NCBI GenBank assembly: GCA_900540885.1
Contig: UQHJ01000001.1
Coordinates: 9,734 to 73,733, forward strand
Direction: 5' to 3'
Length of the DNA stretch: 64,000 nt
Origin: an uncultured Prevotella sp.
GTDB lineage: Bacteria > Bacteroidota > Bacteroidia > Bacteroidales > Bacteroidaceae
Part shown: in pieces, positions 1 to 9,124 of the stretch
How positions within the stretch are numbered: position 1 is the stretch's first letter
How the letters are laid out: each line of letters begins with the position of its first letter
Made by a program: the position numbers and the translations under genes
The notes under the pieces: generated by a model
The model's input: only the letters and a program-made list of their open reading frames with translations
Told to the model about the DNA's origin: nothing
Database searches by the model: none

Positions 1-1
1 A

Positions 2-107
2 AGACCTAAAGACAATGGACGAGCGTTTGCAAGTAGCTGGTGAAGCTGTGAAAACATTCTGTCTGGCAGGCATCAATATTGCCATGAATCAGTTTAATAA
101 TAAGTAA
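2..107 (+). CDS. 3' end of an upstream gene (partial; C-terminal ~35 aa ...[12 protein letters not shown])
   Basis: Open frame entering from the left window edge and ending at TAA 105-107. Too short to identify. Confidence 0.3.
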   Translation, partial: DLKTMDERLQVAGEAVKTFCLAGINIAMNQFNNK

Positions 108-121
108 AACGTAGTGAAGCA

Positions 122-538
122 ATGGAAGCCCGTTTAGATAAATGGTTGTGGGCTGCACGTATATACAAAACGCGCACTTTAGCGGCCGATGCTTGTAAAA
201 ACGGACGTGTAACTATTAATGGTGCACAGGCGAAACCTGCACGAACTGTAAAAGAAGGCGACAAAGTCGGCGTTAAAAAGTCCCCTGTTACCTATACCTT
301 TCGTGTAAAACAAGCCATAGAAAAGCGTGTAGGAGCAAAGTTGCTGCCCGATGTGCTTGAAAATATCACCTCGCCCGACCAATATGAATTGCTTGAAATG
401 AGCAAAATTAGTGGTTTCGTCAATCGTGCGCGTGGCACTGGACGTCCTACTAAAAAGGACCGTCGTGCTTTAGATGAGTTTGCAGAGGACACGCCTATGT
501 TCTTAGACGATGACTTTGACTTTGATGACGAAGATTAA
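122..538 (+). CDS. S4-domain RNA-binding protein (Hsp15/HslR-like)
   Basis: 138-aa ORF. The N-terminus MEARLDKWLWAARIYKTRTLA..NGRVTINGAQAKP is the S4 / heat-shock protein 15 signature. Acidic C-terminal tail. Confidence 0.75.
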   Translation: MEARLDKWLWAARIYKTRTLAADACKNGRVTINGAQAKPARTVKEGDKVGVKKSPVTYTFRVKQAIEKRVGAKLLPDVLENITSPDQYELLEMSKISGFVNRARGTGRPTKKDRRALDEFAEDTPMFLDDDFDFDDED

Positions 539-565
539 TTACTTCATTTTTTTACAACTTCAGTT

Positions 566-1141
566 ATGCAAGAAACGAAGTGGGCACCTACGGTAGTTCT
601 CGTAGATGCTGATTATTTAGATACGTTAGCGCTCGACCTTATAGAGAATTTTGGGCGAATGTTGAATCGTCGCATACCGTCGGCCGATCTTTGTCATTGG
701 GTGGACTGTGTGCTGCTTGACGGGGGCTTGCGTCCTGGTAAGAATGAGGTGCAAGTACATTTTTTACACTCCAAAGAAAAGGATACACTACAATACTTTC
801 AGCCATCGCGCTTTGCTGACGATATTAATGGCTTATCGTTTGACGACAATTTAGGACATATCAGTCTCTTTGCTTTTCCCGTAGAGGAGGTGGTCAATGC
901 TGATGAGTTCTTTTTGCAGTCGCTCACGATGTTGGCTGATGTCAAAGAAGTAGAAAGGCTTATGGTAGTGGGCGATATGCGTGCTTATGGTCAGGCTGTA
1001 AAGGATATTTGTAGTCAAACGGACGGCAAGCAAATCACCCTATTCACCATGGAACCTCAGACGGGACAAGGCTTCTCACAAGAGATATTAGGCTATTCGC
1101 TCATGTCGGCATTAGGTATCAGCAGTGATGAACTGAAGTAG
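566..1141 (+). CDS. hypothetical protein
   Basis: 191-aa ORF with coding-like composition, in the conserved position between the S4 protein and the sigma-54 activator. No family recognised. Confidence 0.5.
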   Translation: MQETKWAPTVVLVDADYLDTLALDLIENFGRMLNRRIPSADLCHWVDCVLLDGGLRPGKNEVQVHFLHSKEKDTLQYFQPSRFADDINGLSFDDNLGHISLFAFPVEEVVNADEFFLQSLTMLADVKEVERLMVVGDMRAYGQAVKDICSQTDGKQITLFTMEPQTGQGFSQEILGYSLMSALGISSDELK

Positions 1142-1174
1142 AAAAGAGAGCAATCATTCTACTTTTCGCATAAA

Positions 1175-2515
1175 ATGCCTAACTTTGTAGGCAAACAACC
1201 AAATGGTATGGATAATTCAGCGGTTTTGCGCGTCAAGCAGCGTTATGGAATAGTGGGGAATTGCGAAGCACTGAACCGTGCTATCGAGATAGCCCTTAAA
1301 ATAGCGCCTGTTGACCTCTCAGTATTGGTCGTAGGTGAGAATGGTGTGGGTAAGGAATCTTTCCCACGCATTATTCATGACCATAGTTTACGCAAGAATA
1401 AGAAATATTTTGCCGTCAACTGTGGAGCTATTCCTGAAGGAACAATCGACTCTGAACTCTTTGGACACGAGAAGGGAGCTTTTACGGGTGCTGTTGAACA
1501 GCGTGAGGGTTACTTTGCAGCGGCTAATGGTGGCACGCTCTTCCTCGATGAAGTAGGAGAGTTGCCCTTACAAACGCAAGCTCGACTCCTACGTGTGCTC
1601 GAAACGGGTGAATACATTCGTGTAGGTTCGAGCGAAGTGCGTAAAACCGATGTACGCATCGTAGCTGCTACCAACGTAAACATGGAAAAGGCCATAGCCG
1701 AAGGTAAGTTTCGTGAGGACCTTTACTACCGACTCAACACCGTGTCTATATCCGTGCCAGCCTTGCGCGAGCGTGGTGATGATGCCGCCTTACTCTTTCG
1801 CAAGTTTGCGCTTGATATGAGCGAAAGGTATAAGATGCCGCCAGTGCGCTTAAATGACGATGCACAACGTATGCTCTTAGCTTATTCGTGGCCAGGTAAT
1901 GTGCGCCAATTAAAGAATTTAGCTGAGAATATGAGTGTAACGGCCGAGCAACGCGACATAACTCCTGATATCTTGAGCCATTATTTGCCCACAGAATCAC
2001 ATAGTAAACAACTAGTAACAGTGGGCAATCCAGCCCAGGAAACGCATAGTTTTGAGTCAGAACGCGAATTGTTGTATCAAATATTGTTCGACCTTCGTCG
2101 CGAAGTGGCCGACTTAAAACGTTATGTCTATCAGCAAAGAGGCGGTAGTGGTTCAGAAATAGAACATCTGCCACAACCCTCAGTCTCACCACGACATGAT
2201 GCTGTACTTTATGACGATCATAATCCTTCGGTGAAGTTTGAGCAGCGCTCTTCAGTCGATGCCAACGTGCCTTATTGGGAAGCCGAAGAAGTGAAGGAGG
2301 ACGAACAACCAACTTTAGATGGCTCCGTGCTTTCTATGAATGCTTCACTTGAAGGTCGTGAAGGTAAAATGCCTCAGTCGCTCGACGATTTGGAGCGCGA
2401 CATGATTCGCCGTGCACTTGATGTTAACAATGGTCGACGCAAAGCTGCGGCTGAACAATTAGGCATATCAGAGCGCACCCTTTATCGTAAAATTAAAGAA
2501 TACGGATTAGAATGA
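1175..2515 (+). CDS. sigma-54-dependent Fis-family transcriptional activator (AAA+ domain starts at the N-terminus, no receiver/sensor domain)
   Basis: Walker A GENGVGKE, GAFTGA sigma-54 contact motif, Walker B LFLDEVGEL, C-terminal Fis-type HTH (AAEQLGISERTLYRKIKEYG). Confidence 0.85.
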   Translation: MPNFVGKQPNGMDNSAVLRVKQRYGIVGNCEALNRAIEIALKIAPVDLSVLVVGENGVGKESFPRIIHDHSLRKNKKYFAVNCGAIPEGTIDSELFGHEKGAFTGAVEQREGYFAAANGGTLFLDEVGELPLQTQARLLRVLETGEYIRVGSSEVRKTDVRIVAATNVNMEKAIAEGKFREDLYYRLNTVSISVPALRERGDDAALLFRKFALDMSERYKMPPVRLNDDAQRMLLAYSWPGNVRQLKNLAENMSVTAEQRDITPDILSHYLPTESHSKQLVTVGNPAQETHSFESERELLYQILFDLRREVADLKRYVYQQRGGSGSEIEHLPQPSVSPRHDAVLYDDHNPSVKFEQRSSVDANVPYWEAEEVKEDEQPTLDGSVLSMNASLEGREGKMPQSLDDLERDMIRRALDVNNGRRKAAAEQLGISERTLYRKIKEYGLE

Positions 2516-3024
2516 TGCGCAAAGTATTATATCTCTTAATTCCCATCGCACTATTCGCCTTGTTGACGGCTTGCACCGTGCAATACAAGTTTACGGGTAC
2601 TAGCATCAATTACGATTTGATTAAAACCATTCAAATCGATAAGATAGTCAATCGCGCCCCTTATGGTTGGGCTCCCATGGAGGCCATGCTTAATAATAAG
2701 TTGCAGGACGTTTATGCCAACCAGACGCGTCTTCGACTTGTAAAGCGTAATGGCGACATACATTTGGCGGGCGAGATTGTTAGTTACGATCAGTTTAACA
2801 AAGGCATTTCAGCCGATGGGTATGCCTCACAAGTGCAATTGCGTATAACGGTCAATATACGTTTTGTCAATTCTAAAACCAATCAGCAGTGGGAGAAGCA
2901 ATTCTCAGCTACGAGTCAATACGACTCAACTCAACAGTTAACAGCTGTACAAGAAAGTCTCGTTACCGAAATGATTAACGACCTTTGCGACCAAATATTC
3001 AATGCCACTGTGGCCGATTGGTAA
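2512..3024 (+). CDS. LptE-like LPS-assembly lipoprotein
   Basis: 170-aa lipoprotein (signal + LTAC lipobox). Overlaps the activator stop (ATGA). The sigma54-activator / LptE / hypothetical / secG synteny is typical of Bacteroidetes. Confidence 0.5.
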   Translation: MMRKVLYLLIPIALFALLTACTVQYKFTGTSINYDLIKTIQIDKIVNRAPYGWAPMEAMLNNKLQDVYANQTRLRLVKRNGDIHLAGEIVSYDQFNKGISADGYASQVQLRITVNIRFVNSKTNQQWEKQFSATSQYDSTQQLTAVQESLVTEMINDLCDQIFNATVADW

Positions 3025-3039
3025 TTTCTCTTATACCTT

Positions 3040-3300
3040 ATAAGTAGGTATTCAAAATTAGTTTATATAATCATGTTCAGAATTAGTCGATATGCCTTGG
3101 CGCATTCTTTCGCCCAGAAACATAGGTTTCATCGGTCACGTAGCCCGCTACGCTCCCTCTTCAACCTATGTTTCTGAACCTTTTCGTTAAGCCAGATGAG
3201 CAAAAGAAAGCTTGCTTTCATTTTGCCATGGCGAGAAAAGGTGCGCGAAAGCGAACGAAATACTGCACCAATTCATATCAACTAATTTTGAACACCTACT
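3040..3300. repeat. MITE-like element bounded by 23-bp terminal inverted repeats (TAAGTAGGTRTTCAAAATTAGTT); internal nested hairpins; possible small structured RNA
   Basis: 3042-3064 and 3276-3298 are inverted copies. The interior contains cagaaacatagg...cctatgtttctg and cgtagcccgctacg hairpins. A solo copy of the TIR is at 61593-61610. Confidence 0.4.
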
Positions 3301-3323
3301 TAACGTAAAATAACTATACATTA

Positions 3324-4082
3324 ATGGATACAATAGCCGAGCTAATTAATCATCCTGAACGCTTAAATAAGGATACGCTCTACGGGTTGCGCGAACTCGT
3401 AGCCAAATATCCGTACTATCAGGTGGCCCGACTCTTGTTTCTGAAGAATCTCTTCTTATTGCACGATCCTTCATTTGGTGAGGAATTGCGACGCGCAGCA
3501 CTCTATTTACCCGACCGCCGTGTGTTATTTAAAATGGTAGAAGGGGCTAACTACGAAATTCAGCCCACTCCCTTGCATAAGGAAGAGGAACGTGCACCAG
3601 AGGGTGACCGAACGCAGTCACTCATTGACGACTTTTTACGCACCACTGCTTCAGACGATGCACCTCAGTCGCCACACCGCAAACCTACGGCGGCCGATGC
3701 GCATGGCGACTATGCCGCTTTTCTCTTGGACTTGGACGATGCAGAATCCACTCAAGAAAAAAACAAAGAAGCAGCTTCTGACCGCAGTGCTGAACTCATC
3801 GACGACTTTATCGAAAACAAGCCTGATCGCATTCAATTACAGGAACAACCTGAGTATACGCCTGAGGTGACAGACTATAGCGACGAGACTGATGATGGTG
3901 CAGAAGATGGTTATTTAACCATGACATTGGCCAAAATCTATATCAAACAGCAGCGATATGAGAAGGCGCTCGAAATTATACGCAAGGTAAACTTGAATAA
4001 TCCGAAAAAAAGTAGTTACTTTGCAGACCAAATACGATTCTTACAAAAACTTATTGTTAATAAGAATCACAGCAAAGAGTAA
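3324..4082 (+). CDS. hypothetical acidic protein with C-terminal TPR-like helix pair
   Basis: 252-aa ORF. Asp/Glu-rich middle, C-terminal LAKIYIKQQRYEKALEIIRK. Confidence 0.5.
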   Translation: MDTIAELINHPERLNKDTLYGLRELVAKYPYYQVARLLFLKNLFLLHDPSFGEELRRAALYLPDRRVLFKMVEGANYEIQPTPLHKEEERAPEGDRTQSLIDDFLRTTASDDAPQSPHRKPTAADAHGDYAAFLLDLDDAESTQEKNKEAASDRSAELIDDFIENKPDRIQLQEQPEYTPEVTDYSDETDDGAEDGYLTMTLAKIYIKQQRYEKALEIIRKVNLNNPKKSSYFADQIRFLQKLIVNKNHSKE

Positions 4083-4284
4083 ACAACGATAAACACCTTA
4101 CGCCTATGTACGTAGTATTTGTTATGATTTGTAGCGTTTTGGCCGCTTTCTTACAAAAGTTGTTCTAAAGCGAACCAACGTGATGTGTTGAGGCACTGCG
4201 AGGCAACGGCTTTCAGCATAAGGTGTGTAGATTTACTATCGGTTAAAGCAAATAATAAAAACAAAAAATAAAAGATAAAAGAAA

Positions 4285-4614
4285 ATGTATTCAGTACTCG
4301 TTATTTTGGCTGTAATCGTTGCTATCTTGTTGGTGTTCATTGTGAGCATTCAAGAGTCAAAGGGTGGCGGTTTAGCTTCTAACTTCTCTGCTTCAAACCA
4401 AATTATGGGTGTGCGCAAGACAACTGACGTTGTTGAAAAGGCCACTTGGACACTTGCAGGTGTATTAGTAGTAATCTCTGTTGCTACTATCTTCTTCGCT
4501 CCTCGTCAGTCAGCAATTGACTCTGTCGTAATGGGCACAAAGGCTGCGCCTACAGCACCTGCAGCTCCTGCTACTCCTGCAGCTCCCGCTGCTCCTGCAG
4601 CTCCTGCTAAGTAA
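4285..4614 (+). CDS. secG: preprotein translocase subunit SecG
   Basis: Two TM segments and the SecG core (SIQESKGGGLASNFSASNQIMGVRKTTDVVEKATW). C-terminal Pro/Ala low-complexity tail. Confidence 0.85.
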   Translation: MYSVLVILAVIVAILLVFIVSIQESKGGGLASNFSASNQIMGVRKTTDVVEKATWTLAGVLVVISVATIFFAPRQSAIDSVVMGTKAAPTAPAAPATPAAPAAPAAPAK

Positions 4615-4730
4615 GCAGATTTTAGTTACACACAAAAAAAGAAATAATGAGGTTATAAATGTTGCCACCCGTAAGGGGTAGGGTAGCTTTGTAGCCTCAT
4701 TTCTCTTTTCGTATTTTAAGCAAAAGTAAA

Positions 4731-5828
4731 ATGTTTCGTTACGTATTTGCACTCTTTCTCTTGCTCTTCTTTCGCTATGCGCAGTACGACGTATTAGCTT
4801 ATATCATGAGTAGCATGGTAGGCCATTATATGAAACCTTGGCCGTGGACGGTAGCTATTGTTCTTACCTTATTATTAGTGTTGGTTGGGCATGGTACTGA
4901 GTTGGTATTAAAAAAGCGTACTATTCATCATCGCTTACCCTATGTCGTAGTGGGGTGGGGGGCGGCAGCTATTACGAGTGCTCCCTTCGTAAGTATCTAT
5001 TATCAGATTGGGTTGTTAATTGCTGCCGTTGCAGTAGCAGGCGTAATGATGTGGACGGATAAGTTTTCACAACGTTCTTTTAGCCAGAAGACGTATGTCG
5101 CTTTGCTGCAACTCATTTTATTGTGTCTATTTGTTGGTGTGGGCAATGGAGTTACCGATTTAACTCACTATGAGTTACGTACAGCACAAGCCTTGCAATC
5201 CGATCACCCCAAAGGGGCTTATAAGGTAGGTGAAAAGTCATACACTACGTCACCCCGTTTGTTTGCCATGCGCTGCTATTTAATGGCTACTACTCATAAG
5301 CATGGTCTTGGCAATAAAGTCTTTGAACAAATGGTGCCTGCTGGGGGTGGAGCTTCTTGTTTGCTTTTACCTAATGACGAGGAGCAAAGGCTCTTGTTTC
5401 CAATTAGTAATCAAGAACACCTATTGGGCAGTGCACGTCATGTGAACGAGACTCCATTACAATATTTTAAACGTTGCGCTTGGTTAGCAGCATTCAAGGG
5501 GCATAGAGCTAACAATGTAGCTATAGATTATTATCTCTCAGCCTTATTGTTAGAGCGCAGACTCGATCTCTTTGCACAAGAGATAGATCGTTTCTATTCG
5601 CGTGAGGTTCAGCAAGGCAAGTTGCCTACTTATTTCGCTCAAGCTTTAGTGCTCTACCAGCGTAGCCGTACACAGCCTATAGTGCGTTATCAAGATAGTG
5701 GTATAGAAGCAAACTTTGAGGACTTTAGCGATATGGGTGATACCATCTCTAATCGCACCATACGTTGCAACACGCTTCGCAACTCTTATGGGGAGACCTA
5801 TTGGTGGTGGTATACCTATGGAATATAA
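4731..5828 (+). CDS. hypothetical integral membrane protein
   Basis: 365-aa ORF. Several N-terminal hydrophobic helices. No family recognised. Confidence 0.45.
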   Translation: MFRYVFALFLLLFFRYAQYDVLAYIMSSMVGHYMKPWPWTVAIVLTLLLVLVGHGTELVLKKRTIHHRLPYVVVGWGAAAITSAPFVSIYYQIGLLIAAVAVAGVMMWTDKFSQRSFSQKTYVALLQLILLCLFVGVGNGVTDLTHYELRTAQALQSDHPKGAYKVGEKSYTTSPRLFAMRCYLMATTHKHGLGNKVFEQMVPAGGGASCLLLPNDEEQRLLFPISNQEHLLGSARHVNETPLQYFKRCAWLAAFKGHRANNVAIDYYLSALLLERRLDLFAQEIDRFYSREVQQGKLPTYFAQALVLYQRSRTQPIVRYQDSGIEANFEDFSDMGDTISNRTIRCNTLRNSYGETYWWWYTYGI

Positions 5829-5940
5829 GGGAATGTGCGAATGCAGGGAAAATGTGCAAATGATTTATAATGTATTGTATCTTCGAATGTGGCAAACTGA
5901 GGCGACCATTTGCACATTCTCACATTTGCACATCAAACCT
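5826..5940. repeat. inverted array of AATGTGC octamer repeats (foldback); same family as 55425-55535
   Basis: gaatgtgcgaatgcagggaaaatgtgcaaatg ... catttgcacattctcacatttgcacatc. Left and right arms are reverse complements. Confidence 0.6.
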
Positions 5941-5970
5941 CATATTAATATAATCAAGAGCAGTTAGTCT

Positions 5971-6888
5971 ATGTATAGTCTTCGTCGTAGTGAGCTACAG
6001 TTAGCAGCCGTATGTCTATCGTTGTTGCTTATAGTTGCAGCGATAGCGATTGGTGTGACCCAATGTCAGCGAGATGAGGAACGCGCTGATGTGTTGACGA
6101 CGGAGGAACGCAAAGCATTATCAGAGGCTGCTAAATCCATCGAGCGAACAGAAAAGTCGGAATATGTATCCTATGCACCCACTCGTTTAGCAACACAGTT
6201 ATTTCCTTTCGACCCTAATCATGCCGACTCTGCCACTTTGTTACGCATAGGCTTCAGTAGGTGGCAAGTGAATAATATGATGAAGTATCGTCAGCGTAGA
6301 GGCCGTTGGCGTTCGCCTGATGACCTCCGTCGGCTTTATGGACTTTCTGAAGACGATTTTCAGCGTTTGCGCCCTTATATTCGTATCGCTAAAGCTGACC
6401 AAAGAGGGAGGTATGTACCTTTTCCTCGTGAACCCTATTATGGTGTGCCAAAGGGTGAAGAAGTAACCTACGAAAAGCAAGTCAAATTGTCAGAAGGTAC
6501 TACCTTGCCTCTCAATAGCTCTGACACCACAGCTTTAAAGCAACTACCTGGTGTGGGTAGTTATTACGCACAAAAGATAGTAAAGTATCGCGAGCGTTTA
6601 GGAGGCTTTGTCAACACCGCCCAATTGGCTGATGTCGAAGGACTGCCTGCAGGACTTTCGCGGTGGTTTACCCTTGAGCCGAATTCGCGAGTGAGACAGT
6701 TGCGTATCAATCATGCCACGTTCAAAGAATTGGTACGTCACCCTTACCTCAGTTACGAGCAAACAAAAGTCATCGTCAACCATGTGCGACAGTATGGTCC
6801 CATTCTTTCTTGGCGCGACCTTCGATTGTATAAAGAATTTAGTGAAAGAGACTTTGAACGTCTTACCCCCTATATTCGATTTGATTAA
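5971..6888 (+). CDS. ComEA-like helix-hairpin-helix DNA-binding protein (membrane anchored)
   Basis: N-terminal TM anchor. Two HhH motifs (LPGVGSYYAQKIVKYRERLGGF; second near the C-terminus). Confidence 0.7.
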   Translation: MYSLRRSELQLAAVCLSLLLIVAAIAIGVTQCQRDEERADVLTTEERKALSEAAKSIERTEKSEYVSYAPTRLATQLFPFDPNHADSATLLRIGFSRWQVNNMMKYRQRRGRWRSPDDLRRLYGLSEDDFQRLRPYIRIAKADQRGRYVPFPREPYYGVPKGEEVTYEKQVKLSEGTTLPLNSSDTTALKQLPGVGSYYAQKIVKYRERLGGFVNTAQLADVEGLPAGLSRWFTLEPNSRVRQLRINHATFKELVRHPYLSYEQTKVIVNHVRQYGPILSWRDLRLYKEFSERDFERLTPYIRFD

Positions 6889-6978
6889 AGGAAACTTTTT
6901 GATCTCTCGTAACGAAATGTGTGGGTGCAATAATTTATAAGGAATAAATATAACTTGCAGTTTTATCCACACGATTCA

Positions 6979-7143
6979 TAAGATAGGCTGCGGCTCAGCA
7001 ATGAAAATGAAAGTTTTCTGACTTTCATTTTGCATTGCGCTCGCCTTGCACTATCTTTAGATAAGATATGCTGCGGCTCGGCAATGAAAATGAAAGTTTT
7101 TTGACTTTCATTTTGCATTGCGCTCGCCTTGCACTATCTTTGC
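6979..7143 (+). repeat. two tandem ~82-bp hairpin units ending in a Bacteroidetes -7 box (…TTTGCATTGCGCTCGCCTTGCACTATCTTTG); promoter-bearing repeat family
   Basis: The unit AAGATAGGCTGCGGCTCRGCAATG-[palindromic core]-TTGCATTGCGCTCGCCTTGCACTATCTTT occurs twice here. It recurs at 9310-9506, 24318-24463 and 49395-49525 (inverted), always abutting a gene start. Confidence 0.7.
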
Positions 7144-7175
7144 ACACTGAAAATGAGTTGTCCGAATAAGGATAA

Positions 7176-7211
7176 CCCCGAGTGCTTGGTAAACCTCGTA
7201 AAAAACAAGAT
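7176..7211 (+). promoter_or_regulatory. candidate preQ1-I riboswitch aptamer in the leader of yhhQ-queC-queF
   Basis: CGAG(7179-82)/CTCG(7195-98) P1 stem with a 12-nt loop UGCUUGGUAAAC, then tail UAAAAAACAAGA. The tail CAAG (7206-09) can pair with loop CUUG (7185-88) as an H-type pseudoknot. Resembles the Tte (CUGGGUCGCAGUAACCCCAGUUAACAAAACAAGG) and Bsu queC aptamers. Lies 3 nt before the ATG of a queuosine-precursor transporter. Confidence 0.55.
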
Positions 7212-7213
7212 AT

Positions 7214-7939
7214 ATGATAAATAATAATATATGTTCTTCAGCCACAGGGGCGAAGCGTCGACCTGTGGTGAGTGTCACCTACATGATGTTGGGTGTACTC
7301 TTTTGTGTATGTTTAATAGCGGCCAATTTGCTCGAAACGAAGCAAATCTGTATCGGTCCGCTTGAGTTAACCGCAGGACTCATTGTCTTTCCCGTCTCTT
7401 ATATCATCAACGACTGTATGGTCGAGGTGTGGGGGTATCGCCGTGCGCGCTTAATCATTTGGTTGGGCTTTTTTATGAACTTCCTGTTCGTTATCTTCGG
7501 TTTTGTAGCTGATATATTGCCAGGAGCTTCTTATTGGAAAGGGCAAGAAGGCTTCCACGCTATCTTTGGGTTAGCACCGCGCATTTGTGCTGCTTCGTTT
7601 TTAGCCTTCTTAGTAGGTTCATTCTTAAATGCCTATGTGATGAGTGTGATGAAACTCAAGTCAAATGGAGGACGTCACTTCTCGTATCGAGCCATTATGT
7701 CAACTTTGGTAGGTGAAACGAGTGATTCTCTCATTTTCTTTCCCTTAGCATTGGGTGGGGTAGTGCCTTGGTCAGTTATGCCCTTGTTGATGATTAACCA
7801 AGTGGTGCTAAAGACATTGTACGAAATCATAGTACTCCCCATTACCATTCGCGTTGTACGCCGTCTAAAAAGCTATGAAGGGGAGGACGTATATGACGAA
7901 AAAATCTCCTATAACGTTTTGAAAATCTTTGATATTTAA
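7214..7939 (+). CDS. yhhQ: queuosine precursor (preQ0/preQ1) transporter, YhhQ/VUT family
   Basis: 241-aa polytopic membrane protein. YhhQ-like N-terminus (…ANLLETKQI..GPLELTAGLIVFPVSYIINDCMVEVWGYRRARLIIWLGF). Immediately upstream of queC-queF. Confidence 0.75.
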   Translation: MINNNICSSATGAKRRPVVSVTYMMLGVLFCVCLIAANLLETKQICIGPLELTAGLIVFPVSYIINDCMVEVWGYRRARLIIWLGFFMNFLFVIFGFVADILPGASYWKGQEGFHAIFGLAPRICAASFLAFLVGSFLNAYVMSVMKLKSNGGRHFSYRAIMSTLVGETSDSLIFFPLALGGVVPWSVMPLLMINQVVLKTLYEIIVLPITIRVVRRLKSYEGEDVYDEKISYNVLKIFDI

Positions 7940-7954
7940 TTATTCATATACAAC

Positions 7955-8659
7955 ATGAACGCATCACATCAACATAACCTGCCTATTGATACAGGTCTTA
8001 TTCACGAAAAGGCCTTGGTAGTATTTAGTGGTGGACAGGACTCTACCACCTGCTTGTTTTGGGCTAAAAAGCACTTTAAGGAGGTTTACGCACTGAGTTT
8101 TGTGTATGGTCAAAAACATGTACACGAAGTCGAGATCGCCCAACAAATAGCACAGGAGGCTGGTGTACACTTCGACCAAATGGACGTAAGCTTTATTAGT
8201 TCGTTGGCACACAACTCACTCACCGACTCCAGTATCGTTATGGATCAAGTAAAGCCCGCCGATGGCCCTCCTAACACGTTTGTGCCTGGACGCAACCTTT
8301 TCTTCTTGAGCATCGCTGCCGTTTATGCGCGTGAGCGTGGCATTCGTCATATCGTAACGGGCGTTTCGCAAACAGACTTCTCAGGCTATCCCGACTGTCG
8401 CGACTCTTTTATACGTTCGCTTAACGTGACGCTCAACCTCGCTATGGAAGAGCAATTCGTAATTCACACTCCCTTGATGTGGATTGATAAGTGCGAGACT
8501 TGGGCTTTGGCCGATGAATTGGGAGTGCTCGACTTAGTGCGCTATCGCACCCTCACTTGTTATAATGGCGTAGTGGGCGATGGTTGTGGCCACTGTCCAG
8601 CTTGCAAGCTGCGTCGTGAAGGCTTAGAAGAATATTTAAAAATTAAAAACGAGAAATAA
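7955..8659 (+). CDS. queC: 7-cyano-7-deazaguanine synthase QueC
   Basis: PP-loop [12 protein letters not shown]-terminal Zn motif [10 protein letters not shown]. Confidence 0.9.
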   Translation: MNASHQHNLPIDTGLIHEKALVVFSGGQDSTTCLFWAKKHFKEVYALSFVYGQKHVHEVEIAQQIAQEAGVHFDQMDVSFISSLAHNSLTDSSIVMDQVKPADGPPNTFVPGRNLFFLSIAAVYARERGIRHIVTGVSQTDFSGYPDCRDSFIRSLNVTLNLAMEEQFVIHTPLMWIDKCETWALADELGVLDLVRYRTLTCYNGVVGDGCGHCPACKLRREGLEEYLKIKNEK

Positions 8660-8668
8660 AGGATATAT

Positions 8669-9124
8669 ATGCGTGACGACTTACATTTAAACGCTTTAGG
8701 TAGCAAGACAGAATACAAAAGCGACTATGCTCCAGAGGTGCTTGAAACCTTTGTCAACAAACACCCTGGCAACGATTATTGGGTTCGTTTCAACTGTCCT
8801 GAGTTTACCAGTCTCTGTCCCATTACAGGCCAGCCCGACTTCGCAGAAATTCGTATAGCCTACTTACCCGATACCTTAATGGTAGAGAGTAAAAGTCTCA
8901 AACTCTATCTTTTCAGTTTTCGCAATCACGGCGACTTCCATGAAGACTGTGTCAACATCATTATGAAAGACCTCATCAAGCTCATGAACCCAAAGTATAT
9001 AGAAGTGACAGGTCTCTTTACTCCACGTGGTGGCATCAGCATTTATCCCTATGCCAACTACGGCCGTCCTGGCACGAAGTATGAAAAGTTAGCCGAATAT
9101 CGTTTGCAACAGCACGATCTTTAA
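8669..9124 (+). CDS. queF: NADPH-dependent 7-cyano-7-deazaguanine reductase QueF (unimodular type)
   Basis: [18 protein letters not shown] thioimide Cys motif and [16 protein letters not shown] QueF motif. Confidence 0.9.
   Translation: MRDDLHLNALGSKTEYKSDYAPEVLETFVNKHPGNDYWVRFNCPEFTSLCPITGQPDFAEIRIAYLPDTLMVESKSLKLYLFSFRNHGDFHEDCVNIIMKDLIKLMNPKYIEVTGLFTPRGGISIYPYANYGRPGTKYEKLAEYRLQQHDL

Noticed and set aside
4540-4614. PAAPA low-complexity C-terminal tail of SecG as a possible frameshift artefact
   Set aside because: In frame with an otherwise typical SecG and terminates at a normal stop. Such Pro/Ala tails are common benign extensions.
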